Origin: Octopus sinensis
Taxonomy: Eukaryota
Length of the DNA stretch: 64,000 nt
NCBI RefSeq assembly: GCF_006345805.1
Contig: NC_043017.1
Coordinates: 16,058,001-16,122,000 of the forward strand
Direction: 5' to 3'
Part shown: piece by piece, positions 26,438 through 38,051 of the stretch
Layout of the letters: each line of letters begins with the position of its first letter
Position numbering within the stretch: position 1 is the stretch's first letter
Made by a program: the position numbers and the translations under genes
Notes under the pieces: model-generated
The model's database searches: none
The model's input: the letters and a program-made list of their open reading frames with translations, nothing else
Told to the model about the DNA's origin: nothing

Positions 26438-26822
26438 TCTTCTTTTACTCGTTTCGCGCATTGGACTCCGGCCAGGCTGGAGCACAGCCTTCAAGCATTT
26501 TTAGTCGAAGAAATCAACACCAGTTCTTATTTCTTTAAAGCTTGGTACTTATTGTATCAGTCTCTTTTGGTATTTATTCTATCAGTCAGTTTTGTTGAAC
26601 CGTTAAATAACGGGAACGTAAACAAACCGACACTGGCTGCTAACCAGTAGTTGGCGGGGATAAGCACAACACACACGCATAAATGAAGGGCTTCCACACA
26701 GTTTCCGTCGACCAAATTTGCTGATAAAGCATTAGCCGGCCCAATGTTCCGTGCAGTAGAATTGAACTTGAAACCACATGGCTTCAAAAGGAGCTGCTTA
26801 ACTACACAGCCACCCCTGCGCC
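26438..26822 (-). mobile_element. SINE family A, antisense copy, tail-to-tail with 25809-26400
   Basis: Reverse complement of the family A head and tail. Confidence 0.8.
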
Positions 26823-27413
26823 GATACAAATGAAATTATAATAAAAAAAAAAGCTTGAAATGTCTACTGACGTTTTTGGCAGTGAAGTTAAAGGGTATGT
26901 TAAAGGTAATAGTGGTCCCTATTTCGTATCTAAAGGCGAAAGGGTCTCGGAGTGTCTTCAGGTTCTTCTCAAAACCTCACAGAAACAGGAATTCATCCTG
27001 GGTTTACTCAAGTTTTTCAAGGGAGGTAAATACAAATACGAATTACAAAGTTACTTCCCTTGAATTTATATCTAATTTTTGCTTCCTTGACAACCAGATG
27101 TAACAAGAACAGACATCTGGAACCGTCTACTACTACTACTACTACTCTGCAATATGCTACGCATGACAAATTTGTACCTGTAGACTATGTGGTGAAAAGT
27201 TAATATATACACATTCAGTCATACATACAATACGCTTGTGTTTGGAAATGCAATTAAGAAAAGAAAAATGACCCCCACAACATCAGCTGATCACAATTTA
27301 CTCGACAACTATTCGGAGTTTGAAGCGTGAGGGCGTCCGCCGAGACCGTCTGGGAGTGACCACACACACACGTGTGTATGTGTCTATGTTTGCATGTGTA
27401 CATATGTGAGAAA

Positions 27414-27632
27414 ATGGCCGGAGCTGAACGCTTTGTCGAAGCCAAGATGAACCAGAGAAAAGTTTTGCTCTTCTGCAAGAGTTACGTTCCCGCTTGTCAG
27501 CGTATCATAGAATTACTGGAACCATTAAATTTGGACAGTCAAATTTACGAGATTGTCTTCATCGATAAAAGACAGGACGTTGTTCAGATCGAAAATTACT
27601 TTCAAGTGTTATGTCTCAGCGACAGCCGTGAG
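27414..27632 (+). CDS. Glutaredoxin-fold protein, exon 1 (MAGAERFVEAKMNQRKVLLFCKSYVPACQRIIELLEPLNLDSQIYEIVFIDKRQDVVQIENYFQVLCLSDSRE)
   Basis: Aligns by eye to the class I Grx N-half (FV..KI...KVV.F.KS.CP.C...EIL....EI..YL). gagaaaATGG start; donor GAG|gtgagt, phase 0; CpG-rich upstream sequence. Confidence 0.88.
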
Positions 27633-30066
27633 GTGAGTGGAAACAGATTAAGAGGCATTCATGCATTTCCTTTCACCTTTATTTTCTTTGCATTTTACTT
27701 GTTTCAGTCATTAGACTTCGGCCATGCTAGGGTACCACATTCAAGAACTTTTAGTCGAATGAATCGCCCCCAATACCTATATATATATATATATATGTAC
27801 ATATATAAATCCTGGTACTTATTTTATCGGCTTCTTTTGTCAAACCGCTAGGTGACGGGGTCATAAGCACAACAACACTGGTTGTCAAGCATTGTGGTGG
27901 GCAAACACACACACACAAACATAAATATGTACGATGGGCTTCTTTCAGTTTCCACCTACCAAATCCATTCGCAAGGCTTTGGTCGGCCTAGTGCTATAGT
28001 AGACATTTGCCCAAGGTACCACGCAGTGGGACTGAACCCGGAATTATGTGGTTGGGAAGTAAGCTTCTTAGCACACAACCACTCCTGTTAGTACGGATCC
28101 GCTTGTTGTTGTTGTTGTTTAGCCCCAGGCCATTGCTGATCAAGAAGACCTATGATTAAATGCATTTCTGTCATGGCCATTTCATATTACTTTGACTTAA
28201 TGTATCAGGGACTACAATACCTTATGTGTCCCTTTATGCTGATGTTCTCCTGGTCAAAGCTGAAAGTACGTCTAGGACTACGTTATATAGTGTGTCCTTG
28301 TTTAGTCGTCGGCCACCCTTGATCAAGCAGACCTATGATCAAATGTGATCCAGCCACGACAATCCCGTCACATTCAGACATAGAACATCAAGGACTACTT
28401 TATCTAACGAGTCTCTCCAAATCATTGCTTTGTAGAATAGTCTTCCCTTCTTTCATTATAAATTCCACTGAAGTATCAGCAAAATTTTACAATAAATTAT
28501 GGAACAGTGCTATCAAATAAAGGTTTAAAATTAGCCAAATAAAGAGCTCCGTTGGTGAGAAAAGTATGAAAGCTCATACCTCTTGTTATGCAATACATTC
28601 GGGTACTTTCTCAAGGACAACGGTGACAGTTGCATTCAAGGTTATGATGGACAGGTAATTTTCCCTGACCTGAGGTCACCAGATAAAGGCAGGACAGGGA
28701 TGGACAGTGCTCCCTGCTCCCGAATCTAAAAGACAACATATAATTATTGAAACTTATCTTGAAATCGTTTGTTGTGAGTTTCATCACCCTTTAAACCACT
28801 GATTTGGAAACGCAGAATCCCTTCAGTGGTCAAGTGGATCGATTTCAGGAGTGGCAGTGGGATCCCTGGGGCAATCTTATACTTTTTTCTGTTGTACTAC
28901 GATGTTGTCTAGACAGGAGTAGTAACTTTAATATTATGCACTTTAAAAGTTTTATGATATTTATGTGTATTTGAGAAATGGTGTTTAATGAAGCTTCCAA
29001 AGGGTGTTTCTTTCTGTCTTTGTAGGGACATAAAAGTTAAACGGATGACCGAACCGAGTGCACGTTCTTTTGGTGTAAATCAACGAATATAAAGGACGTA
29101 GTTTCATAATTGTCTTAACAAAATACAAATGTTAATAACTACAATGGGAAATCCGTAGCTTTTATTGCTTTGTAGTCATAAACATTACACATATGTATAC
29201 TTTATTCACTGTTTCGCATGTATTGAAGCACGAATTTCGAGTGGCCAGCGTTGACAAACACCAACAAAGGTGAAATGCGACTGTTGTCGTCCTCGTGAGT
29301 CGCTACAACGACGGCGATCATCTCGTTCTCACAGACATTGTTTTTAACACCAGTCTATGGAAAGATTTTATCTCGGACTACTGCATGGCATCATGTCTCC
29401 TAACGATGTGTATAAATTTTATGACACATAAACAGCGATTATTTTGTTTTCTTTCAAATGGTGTGGTACTTTACACACGTATATATGTATTTTTCACCCT
29501 TTCTTTTAAACGCTAAGGTACCTCATGCACATACATATGTATATTCACGTACATATATTTGTTTCTCTTTCTATTAAACGTTAAGGTGTCTCAGTACCTT
29601 ACACACATATAGTTGTGGTTTTATTAAAGTTAGTGCGTAATCCTGCCTATAAATTGATTGATTGAATGTGGTAATTAAGCTTTCATTTTTATATTATACT
29701 ATGGAAGACGGTAGGGATTATAACTTTTGTATGACTTAATGGATTGGTCACTGTTTAGTTATGTATTTAGGAGTTGGTTGTAATTTACTTATTGAATTTA
29801 TTTACCGATACGGTTGTATATAGGGTAAAAGTGTTTGGAGGTTGTGGTTTCTTTGGTCTGTTCCCTAACAACACTTATTTTAGTGCTGTTGACACCCCCG
29901 GATTGAATGGTACTGCCCAGGTGTCAAAACCACAATGATATCCGTGGGGCAGCTCATGATGGGGGTATGTTGGATTGTTGCTATGGCTGTTTTTGTATAT
30001 GTGGAATAGGATTATAACACATCCTTTTGATATATATATTTTTCTCATTATCTTTTAAACATTAAG

Positions 30067-30285
30067 GTACCACAATTGTTTATCTGTGGCAAGTACTTTG
30101 GTGGTCCAGAGAAAATCTTCTATTGGAACAAATTAGGGAAATTGGCTGAGAAAATCTTTGAAGCTATACAGATATTCGATGAGGCTGTACCAACACCTGC
30201 ACAAGAGTTGTCTACATCGGAGTCTGTCACGAAACCAGCACCAAAGACTGTACTTGAAGAGGGGACAACTGATGGATTATTCTAG
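30067..30285 (+). CDS. Glutaredoxin-fold protein, exon 2 (VPQLFICGKYFGGPEKIFYWNKLGKLAEKIFEAIQ...GLF*); 145 aa in total
   Basis: Acceptor ttttaaacattaag|GTA, phase 0. Supplies the cis-Pro VP.(L)F(I).GK.(F)GG motif of glutaredoxins; TAG at 30283-30285. Confidence 0.88.
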   Translation, partial: VPQLFICGKYFGGPEKIFYWNKLGKLAEKIFEAIQIFDEAVPTPAQELSTSESVTKPAPKTVLEEGTTDGLF

Positions 30286-32763
30286 GTACTCAGTGGAATT
30301 ACCAAAGGAGTATGTTATGATGGACCCTATAGAGTATATAACACGGGTGTAAAGCAGATATTCTTTCTGGGTTTGATAGGGAGAACCATTTCCAAAATAT
30401 TTCCTGATAAACTAAACGGTATTATGAAATTTGGTATTGTTTTCTTATTAATTTTATTTTAGTATTTTATTGTTCTATTGGTTTATTTATTAGGTTGTGG
30501 CCATGCTGGAGGACATAACCTTCAAGTTGTTATTTCTTTTGTTTGGGGGGGATTATGTAAAGCAGCAGCATTTTGGGGGTGAATTCCATTGATGCTGATG
30601 AAAATGAAAGGGGGAAGTAATCACTGCTGTAAAGGGAGATAACCACGAGAACATGTGTGTGTGTATGTACATACACACACACATCATCATCAACATTAAC
30701 GTCTGTTTTCCATGCTGGCATGGGTTGGACGGTTTGACAGGAGCTGCGTGAGGCTCCATTCTGTGTTGGCAGGGTGCCATTCCTAATGCCTACCACTTTA
30801 CAGAGTGGAAAGGGAGCTTTTTATGTGGCACCAGCATCAGTAAGGTCCCCAAGTAACTTGTATTACAAGACCCCCTCCCCACCTCAATTGGAGGGAGTAG
30901 TATTGATGATGATGATGTTAATGATGATAATACACATACACACACAGATATGCTTGAACAGTTATCTAAAGAGACTGTACCTCAAGGAACATGGTCATGA
31001 AATAAACTGCCAAACCACACAGAATAACTGTGCTCTAAGGCCCAGCAATATACCTACATATACACAATAGCACACACGTCTTTATAGAATATATCATCAT
31101 TTAACGTTCGCCTTCCTTGCTGGCATGGGTTGGACGATTTGACTGGAAACTGGTAATCTGCACCAGATTCCGATCGGATTTGGCAAGGTTTCTATGGTTG
31201 GATGCCCTTCCTAATGCCAACCACTCCGAGAGTGTTGTGGATGTCTTTTACGTGGCACAGGCATGGGTGCCATTGATCTCACACCGGCATCAGCCACGAC
31301 AACGGTCACACTTGGCTGGACAGATCAACACAAGCCAAAGGTGTTGGTCACCTGTCTCTGCCTCCATGGGGCCAAGCACTTGAATGGTGCTTCTTACGTG
31401 CCACAGACACAGGTGCCAGTCAGATGGCACTGGCACCGGCCACGGCTACAGTTTCACTTGGTTCGACAGGTCTCCACAAGCACAGCAGATTGCCCAACGT
31501 TTGAAGGGGGATTTTATATTTAAGTTAATGTTTGTTTTTGTGTTCAGTTATACTAAAAACAATTAGTCCAATGATGGCTTAGCTAGCCAAAACTTCAAAG
31601 TCACTATCAACAACATTTTTGTTTAAGAATAATATATTTATATTTATATATACATGTATAATTATATTCCACAATTTACTTCAGAAATGCGAAGCAGTAC
31701 CCTTGGCCCTTGACACCCACCTCCCCGTCCCTCACTGACTGGTGGGGTAGTTTGAACTTCTGCCATTTCAGATTTGGGAGGAAAACATGTAGGGCACTCC
31801 AGTGGGAAGCATTTGTGAAGGGGAAGGATTGGGCAGTTAGTTTTGAGGTGGGAGCAATGGGCTTACGTGCGAATGGTACCCAGTTTAATAGATGAGAGGA
31901 GCAGAGACTGTAGTAGTAGAAGGGAAAAAGAGTGGACACAGTGTCACAGTGAGCCAGGGGTTTGTGTTGTTGTTATTTAGCCCTAGGTCAGTCTCGAATG
32001 AGCAGATCTATGACTGTGTGTTCCAGCTGTGACAGTCCAAACCTTTTTTACAGGATGGTTGAAGAGTGATTTGACACATAGCTGTTACTTCTAGCAGGCA
32101 AAAGAACCATACCCCTGGACCTTTTGGAAGGTCTGTCTCACGAGTAGATGCCAGGGTATATAATCTTGGGTGTATAATCCATAATGTGTGATGATGTATG
32201 TGTGTGGGGTAGGGGGAAGGTGTACTGACCCAGAAAGGTCATCGGTTATCCAGTGACGGCCATTCATTGGCACTGTAAGAGGGTTGTAACTGATGGCTGA
32301 CCAGGTATAAAAAGAGGTCAGCCTCTAGTGTGGTGGATATCAGTACCACTTCTATTATGACCACCACCACCACCACCACCACCACTGCCTGCTCTTTGAT
32401 TGCTCTTTTTAGCATGTCAGGTCGACCACATAGAGGTGCACTTGTGATGATAAAGTCAGAAATGGAAAGTGATAGTGAAAATGGTGGTGATGGTGGTGGC
32501 AAGGTCTGCTGTGGGAGGTGAGGTTAGTGGTGGTGGTGGTGGTGGTGGGTGTGAGATCTCTAACAAATTAATCAAATGTGACCCCAGGAAACTGGGGCTG
32601 AAACTGAGATTGTTAAAAACCCTTGAAGGTTGGTTTTAACCTGAAGCATTTTATAAACCCATGTGGTGAGTAAGGACCCTAATTTTTATAAACTCTGGGA
32701 GTGGGGTTGAAGATCCAGCACTTAAGAAACCATTAACATAAATATATATGGTGGATGAGACAA

Positions 32764-33205
32764 GAATTCAAAGGCCCCTTAAGGTGGGGTTGGTGTTAAC
32801 TCTCTGGTAGTCCATGAACCCTTAGGGAGTCAGTTGGGCTGAGTTGGGCCTGGGAATTTAAAGGACAGTTGGGGTAGAGCTGGTGTTACTCTCTGGTAGT
32901 CTGAACCATTAGGGAGTCAATTGAGCTGAAATGGCCAGGGAATTCAAAGGAGTGTTGGGGTAGAGCTGGTGTTACTCTCTGATAGTCCATGAACCCTTAG
33001 GGAGTCAGATGGGCTGAGCTGGCCAGGGAATTCAAAGGAGTGTTGGGGTAGAGCTGGTGTTACTCTCTGATAGTCCATGAACCCTTAGAGAGCCAGTTAG
33101 GCTGAGTTGGACTGGAGAATTCAAAGGGCTGTTGGGGTAGGGTTGGTGTTAATATCTAGTTTTTCACGAACCCTTAAGGGGTCAGCTAGGATGGGTTGGG
33201 CCAGG
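32764..33205. repeat. Minisatellite, about 88-bp unit x about 5, in the ASB 3' UTR
   Basis: gaatt(c/t)aaagg recurs at about 32764, 32854, 32940, 33028, 33117; ggggtagagctggtgttactctct recurs with period 86-89. Confidence 0.9.
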
Positions 33206-33220
33206 CTTCAGCATTTTACT

Positions 33221-33675
33221 TCATACATTTAAAATATCATGTCGGAGTTTTATAGGTATCTCCAATAGATGTACTCGCTGGTGGAGTTGGTCCTTTATAA
33301 TATCTCGGATGTAAGTCATACAAATAAGTTTTAAGTTTATCGGTCTGTACATGTGTTCTATGAGCTTCTTGGCGGTGTCTGGGCAGAAATGATCATTTTT
33401 GGAATATGTGTAGGTAAGAAACCTCCGGAATTGGAACAGTTTACAGTGGCGCTGAGTTGGGGTGACAACATCCAACACAGAATACAACAAATTCAGATTT
33501 TGTTTGAGGATATTCCGCAACCAAACACCCTGTTTCTGGTAGGCTCTGCAATCAATGATGGCACCACCTTGAAGAAGTTGTCGGAGAATGGTCAAGTCAC
33601 ACTTGGTGTACTTTCCATGTGAAGCTTGAGATTTCTTTAACACTTGGTCCAGTTCATAGCAGACAGGGCTGTAAC
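33221..33675 (-). CDS. ASB-type protein terminal exon with C-terminal SOCS box (G-YSPVCYELDQV...PINLKLICMTYIRDIIKDQLHQRVHLLEIPIKLRHDILNV*)
   Basis: Acceptor tttcag|GT continues the ankyrin D.EGYSPV. The BC-box pattern LxxxCxxxI and L-x-x-P-x-x-L tail are typical of SOCS boxes. TGA at 33223-33221. The spliced CDS is 1053 nt (350 aa) if the exon-1 ATG is right. Confidence 0.9.
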
Positions 33676-34302
33676 CTGAAACAGGAAAATGATTCCAATT
33701 ACGGTAAACAGAAAGGACAGAATGATAAATAATTTGTTTTTAACTGAGGAACTCGAAGTAGACAGAGCTATAAATAACAGCATGTAAGATAATGGATTCT
33801 TTTTGGATAGAAAATCTCAATGGCTGCTTTGTTAAACTTGAATAATTTCATGAATAATGGAGTTTCTAAATGTTTGTGATGTGTCACAGGCAACCTTTGA
33901 CTTTTCCTATTCAAAGGGATTTTTAACCCCAAATTTACACATTATTAGTTATAGCTTTATCTGTTTCCAGTTTAACTGTTCCAAAAAATAATTTGGCATT
34001 CTCTCAAAAGTTTATAAATTCCTAAGACATCAACAACAGACAATTCTCAATGGTAAGAATAAAAATTCTAAAACAGATGTAGAAATTCAAAAGATTGCTT
34101 TGGTCCAGTGGTAGAACATCTGTCATAATTACATGAGATGTGAGTTCAAGTCCTTCTAGCAACCTTTCACTTTTCTACTCAAGGGCTTTTTAAACTTAAT
34201 ATTTACATGCTGTTATCTACAGCTTTATCTGCTTCCAGTTTTACCGTTCCAAAACAGAATAATTTCACATTCTCTCAAAGTTTCTCAGTTCTTATAGCTT
34301 AA

Positions 34303-34847
34303 CCCTTAACCAGTCATATCCAACCCAAACATTCTACGTGCTTTATTTTCAAACAGGACAGATCCGGTCTTTCACACCAACCCTACAATGCCAATCTAAA
34401 AATAAACAACCATATCACCGAAATCTGAAAGCTACAAGAAAATGCATGATTAATTGAAAACATCATCATCATCATTGTTTAACGTCTGTTTTCCATGCTG
34501 GCATGGGTTGGATGGCTTGACCAGAGCTACCCTGGCTCCATGTCTGTTTTGGCATGATTTCTATGGCTGGATGCCCTTCCTAATGCCAAACACTTTACAG
34601 AGTGCACTGGGTGCTTCCACTCAGCACCAGCCCCCACGGTAACCCTCTCTCTCTCTTGGAGAAGCACAAGCACCTACACACACAGTGTGTAACTTCCGCC
34701 TACCAAATTCAATCACAAAGCTTCGGTCAGCCTGGGGCTCTAGCAGAAGACACTTGCCCAAAGTGTCACACGGCGGGACTGAACCCGAAACCCTGTAGCT
34801 AGGAAGCAAGCTCCCTAACCACACAGCCATGCCCAAATGCTAAAGGG
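34303..34847. mobile_element. piggyBac-type MITE of the same family, opposite orientation, interrupted by two SINE-like insertions
   Basis: TTAA flanks (34299-34302, 34848-34851); CCC..GGG ends; internal sequence is the reverse complement of 366-586; nested repeats at about 34455-34833. Confidence 0.7.
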
Positions 34848-35549
34848 TTAAACAGAATAATGTTTGATTTACGTTTTTGATAGGTTAATCAGTTGAACCC
34901 TTGACATTTGGTAGGGCCATTGGTAGTAGGAGGGAGGAAACAACCAAAAGGTATCAGTTACTGTAGTAGGAAACAATGTAGGAAACAGAAAGTTCTTCTC
35001 AAACAAGGGCTGAATTCTTGCAACCGAGAAGACCTCCACCCAGCTCCATCCCCAAGGCCAGTGGGTGGTAGTGGTGGTGATGGGGTATTACAGACAACTG
35101 AATCATTGCTCTCCCCACTACCCCCAAACTCCATTCTATGACTGATACTTATTGTATCAACTCAATAGAATGAGTCAACAATGTGGTTACTCGCCCTGCT
35201 AGAAACAGCAGCCACATTTCTCTTAAAAATCACACCTGAATGTGAATACATTTGATATTGTGGTCCCATGTTTTGTGTTTAAAAAAAGATAAACACTGGA
35301 TGGTCCTGACAGGAATGTCGATGATTATAGGTCTGATGGATAAAGAGTGACCGGAGGCTGAACAGTATCAACATCAACAACTGCAATAGTAATAATAACA
35401 AGAACGAGTCACCCCCCACCCCCACCCCGGCAACTACACCATCACCAGCAACAACGGCAACAATAACAACAACAGACACACCACCATCAACAACAACAAC
35501 AGTGATGACAAGAATAAGAATAAGAAGAAGCAGTAGAGCGCCGATTCAC

Positions 35550-35657
35550 CTTCGTGGTCTCGAATATTGACTCTGGCCCCAGCACTGAATAATTTGTTGA
35601 GAATCTGGAATCTTGTCTTTGTATCATATTTCTTGTTCATGCAGACATAGTGGAGGG
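35550..35657 (-). CDS. ASB-type protein exon 5 (A-LHYVCMNKKYDTKTRFQILNKLFSAGARVNIRDHE)
   Basis: Ankyrin repeat; tttccag|CC acceptor and G|gtgaat donor, phase 1/1. Confidence 0.9.
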
Positions 35658-35688
35658 CTGGAAATAGAGGGGAGGGGCAGACGGGAAT

Positions 35689-35729
<41 letters not shown>

Positions 35730-36043
35730 AGCAGAGTATTTAGTGGTGGTCATCAAGGAAGTTGTCTTCAAGGTAATATACACATCAATACTGAAATGAT
35801 GATGATGATGAAGGTAAGTAAGGTAATGTGGTGATGATGATGAAATAGTGATGGTAGTGGTGATAATGATGATGGTGGAGGTGATGATGATGACAATGAT
35901 GGTGATGACGATAGTGATGATGATGATGGTGGTGGTGGTGGTGATGATGAGGATAATGATGATGGTGATGATAGTGGTGGTGGTGATGGTAGTGATGATG
36001 ATAGTGGTGGTGGTGGAGGTGGTCATGCTGATGGTTGGTTTAC

Positions 36044-36160
36044 CTGTGCAGCCGTTCTGGTCTCGAAGGTTTACCTGGCAGTTTGAGTCTAAGAGGTGAG
36101 TGACGATGTCGATGATATCGTAGTGGGTCACCAGGAAGGCAATCATGAGGGCAGTACAAC
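36044..36160 (-). CDS. ASB-type protein exon 4 (G-CTALMIAFLVTHYDIIDIVTHLLDSNCQVNLRDQNGCT)
   Basis: Ankyrin repeat; ttccag|GT acceptor and G|gtaaac donor, phase 1/1. Confidence 0.9.
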
Positions 36161-36214
36161 CTGGAAGAGTAATAACAGAATGAAGGCCACAACATCAACA
36201 AGACATTTAAATAA

Positions 36215-36690
36215 GGTTGGTATGGGAAGAGAGTTGTAGAGACATTGTCTGAATAACAGATGGGATGGTCACAACCAGAACGGCTTTGATCAGGGCTGAC
36301 CTGGGGCTAAACTGCAACAAAGAAGGACAAATTAGAAAATGTAGTCCTAGATACATCATGACTGAATGAAATAAGTGATGGTCACTGCTGGAACATCTTT
36401 GATTATAGGTCAGGTGGATCAGGGTTGACCTGGGACTAAACAAAACAAGGACACATTTAACGATGCAATCCAAGATACATTAAGCCTGAATAAAAGTCAG
36501 GATGGTCACAGCTGGAACATCAGTTGGATCAAGGCTGACCTGGGGCCAAACGACATCAATGACAAAGGAGGCCACAAAAATAATGCAGTCCTAGATACAT
36601 CTTGTCCGAGTAAAAGACAGGATGGTCACAGCTGGAACATCTTTGATTATAGTTTTCTTGGCTGAGGCCTGACCTAGGGCTAAACATAAA
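36215..36690 (+). repeat. Tandem array (about 4 x 113-123 bp) of a dispersed repeat (gatggtcacagctggaacatc...ctgacctggggctaaac)
   Basis: gatggtcac recurs about every 120 bp. Single copies at about 4760-4960, 9240-9430, 22100-22310, 28110-28380, 31960-32100, 35180-35400, 44560-44740, 63370-63500. Confidence 0.8.
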
Positions 36691-36739
36691 CAGTATGACT
36701 TTCCTTCTGTTTTGTATTGGTCAAAGCAAGAATTCTTAC

Positions 36740-36907
36740 CGGCATTGTCCTGTTTATCAACTTTGCTACCCTTCTCTATCAGTTGCTTCACTATCTGTGC
36801 TGACTGACCACAACTGACCGCAAGGTGAAGTGGTGTCCGGCCAAATCTGTCCTGCTTGTTAACTGGTGCACCGAATGCCAAGAGTTTTTCAAATATTTGC
36901 TGAACAT
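36740..36907 (-). CDS. ASB-type protein exon 3 (VQQIFEKLLAFGAPVNKQDRFGRTPLHLAVSCGQSAQIVKQLIEKGSKVDKQDNA)
   Basis: Canonical ankyrin repeat (D..GRTPLHLA....IVK.LIE.G..VD.QD). Acceptor gtccag|AT; donor G|gtaaga. Confidence 0.92.
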
Positions 36908-37470
36908 CTGGACATGAGAAAGAAAGAGTGAGAGAGTGTGAGTGAGGAAGAGAGAGAGAGAGAAGAGAAAGCCCCTGAGTAACACATAACAACTTCTGGA
37001 CCCCACAGACCTGTTGTGTCCTCTCTCTGCATGATATTACCCCTATTACAAAGGCCTCTGACTTCCCCACCAACGTTATTTGGGATACCCCTTTAGGGTA
37101 CCCCATTTAAGGAAGCTGAGAGTCTATGACCAACAATAGCCACTCCACCCAATCCTTCCTCCCTTGCATGTTTACCCTCTGGAAACTATACTCAGTAAAG
37201 TCCAACTCCAGAACAAATCAAAACCAAAACATCTTGGAACCAAACCCAAATGGTGGACCTTGTGTTTTGGCAACAATGAAATTCTAGCCCTTCCATAATT
37301 GCCTCATTTGTGAGGAGCGACAGAAAGTAAAGAACAAGTGGGAACAGTTAGGGTTCACTGGACACTCACACAGCTGTGTTCTTCATCGATGGTATCGCTT
37401 AGGAAGTACCACTGATGTCTTAGAGATGGAATCTTGTTTAGCTTCAAAAACAAAGAATAAACAAAGTCTG

Positions 37471-37503
<33 letters not shown>

Positions 37504-37883
37504 GGATTTATTTCCAGGAGCTCATTTATATAATCTATAGTATTCAATATCACATACTTTCATGTTTGCAGACTAACAAGATTATCGGATCATAATCTTC
37601 CATCTATATATATAAGATATACACAAATACATATATTTAACTTATTCCTTGTGAGATTAAAAACCTGATGTAGAGCTCAATATATGTATGTTTTTGAATG
37701 AAGTATTGGCTAAGTATACAGTAGTGAGAAGAAAGAGAGACGAGAAAGGAATAAACTTCATAAGATAGTCATTTATTCCACTGTCATCTCTTTCTTATAT
37801 AACAATATATTATGACCATTGTGTCTGGGAATCTTTTGTCACACACCTGTGACCTCTTCAGTGACTCTTCCATCCTATGTGTC

Positions 37884-37919
<36 letters not shown>

Positions 37920-38051
37920 TACAGCTGTTTCTGCTATCAAGTGTATGTGTGTGTGAGTGTAAGTCTGTGAATCTGTCAGTGTATGTATATGTGTTTGTGA
38001 GACTGCACATGTATGTCTAGAATAGAAAGTGCACAGCAGCGCTCTACCCAC

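Noticed and set aside
30283-30460. Possible stop-codon readthrough or selenocysteine extension of the glutaredoxin ORF
   Set aside because: The stop is TAG, not TGA; the context is not readthrough-prone; the downstream peptide has no recognisable features.
32764-33205. CRISPR-like appearance of regularly spaced repeats (also 36215-36690)
   Set aside because: Whole units repeat with no unique spacers, the context is eukaryotic, and there are no cas genes.
33895-34292. Two roughly 125-bp diverged direct repeats (33895-34020, 34163-34292) in the last ASB intron
   Set aside because: An old AT-rich local duplication with no coding or structural signal.
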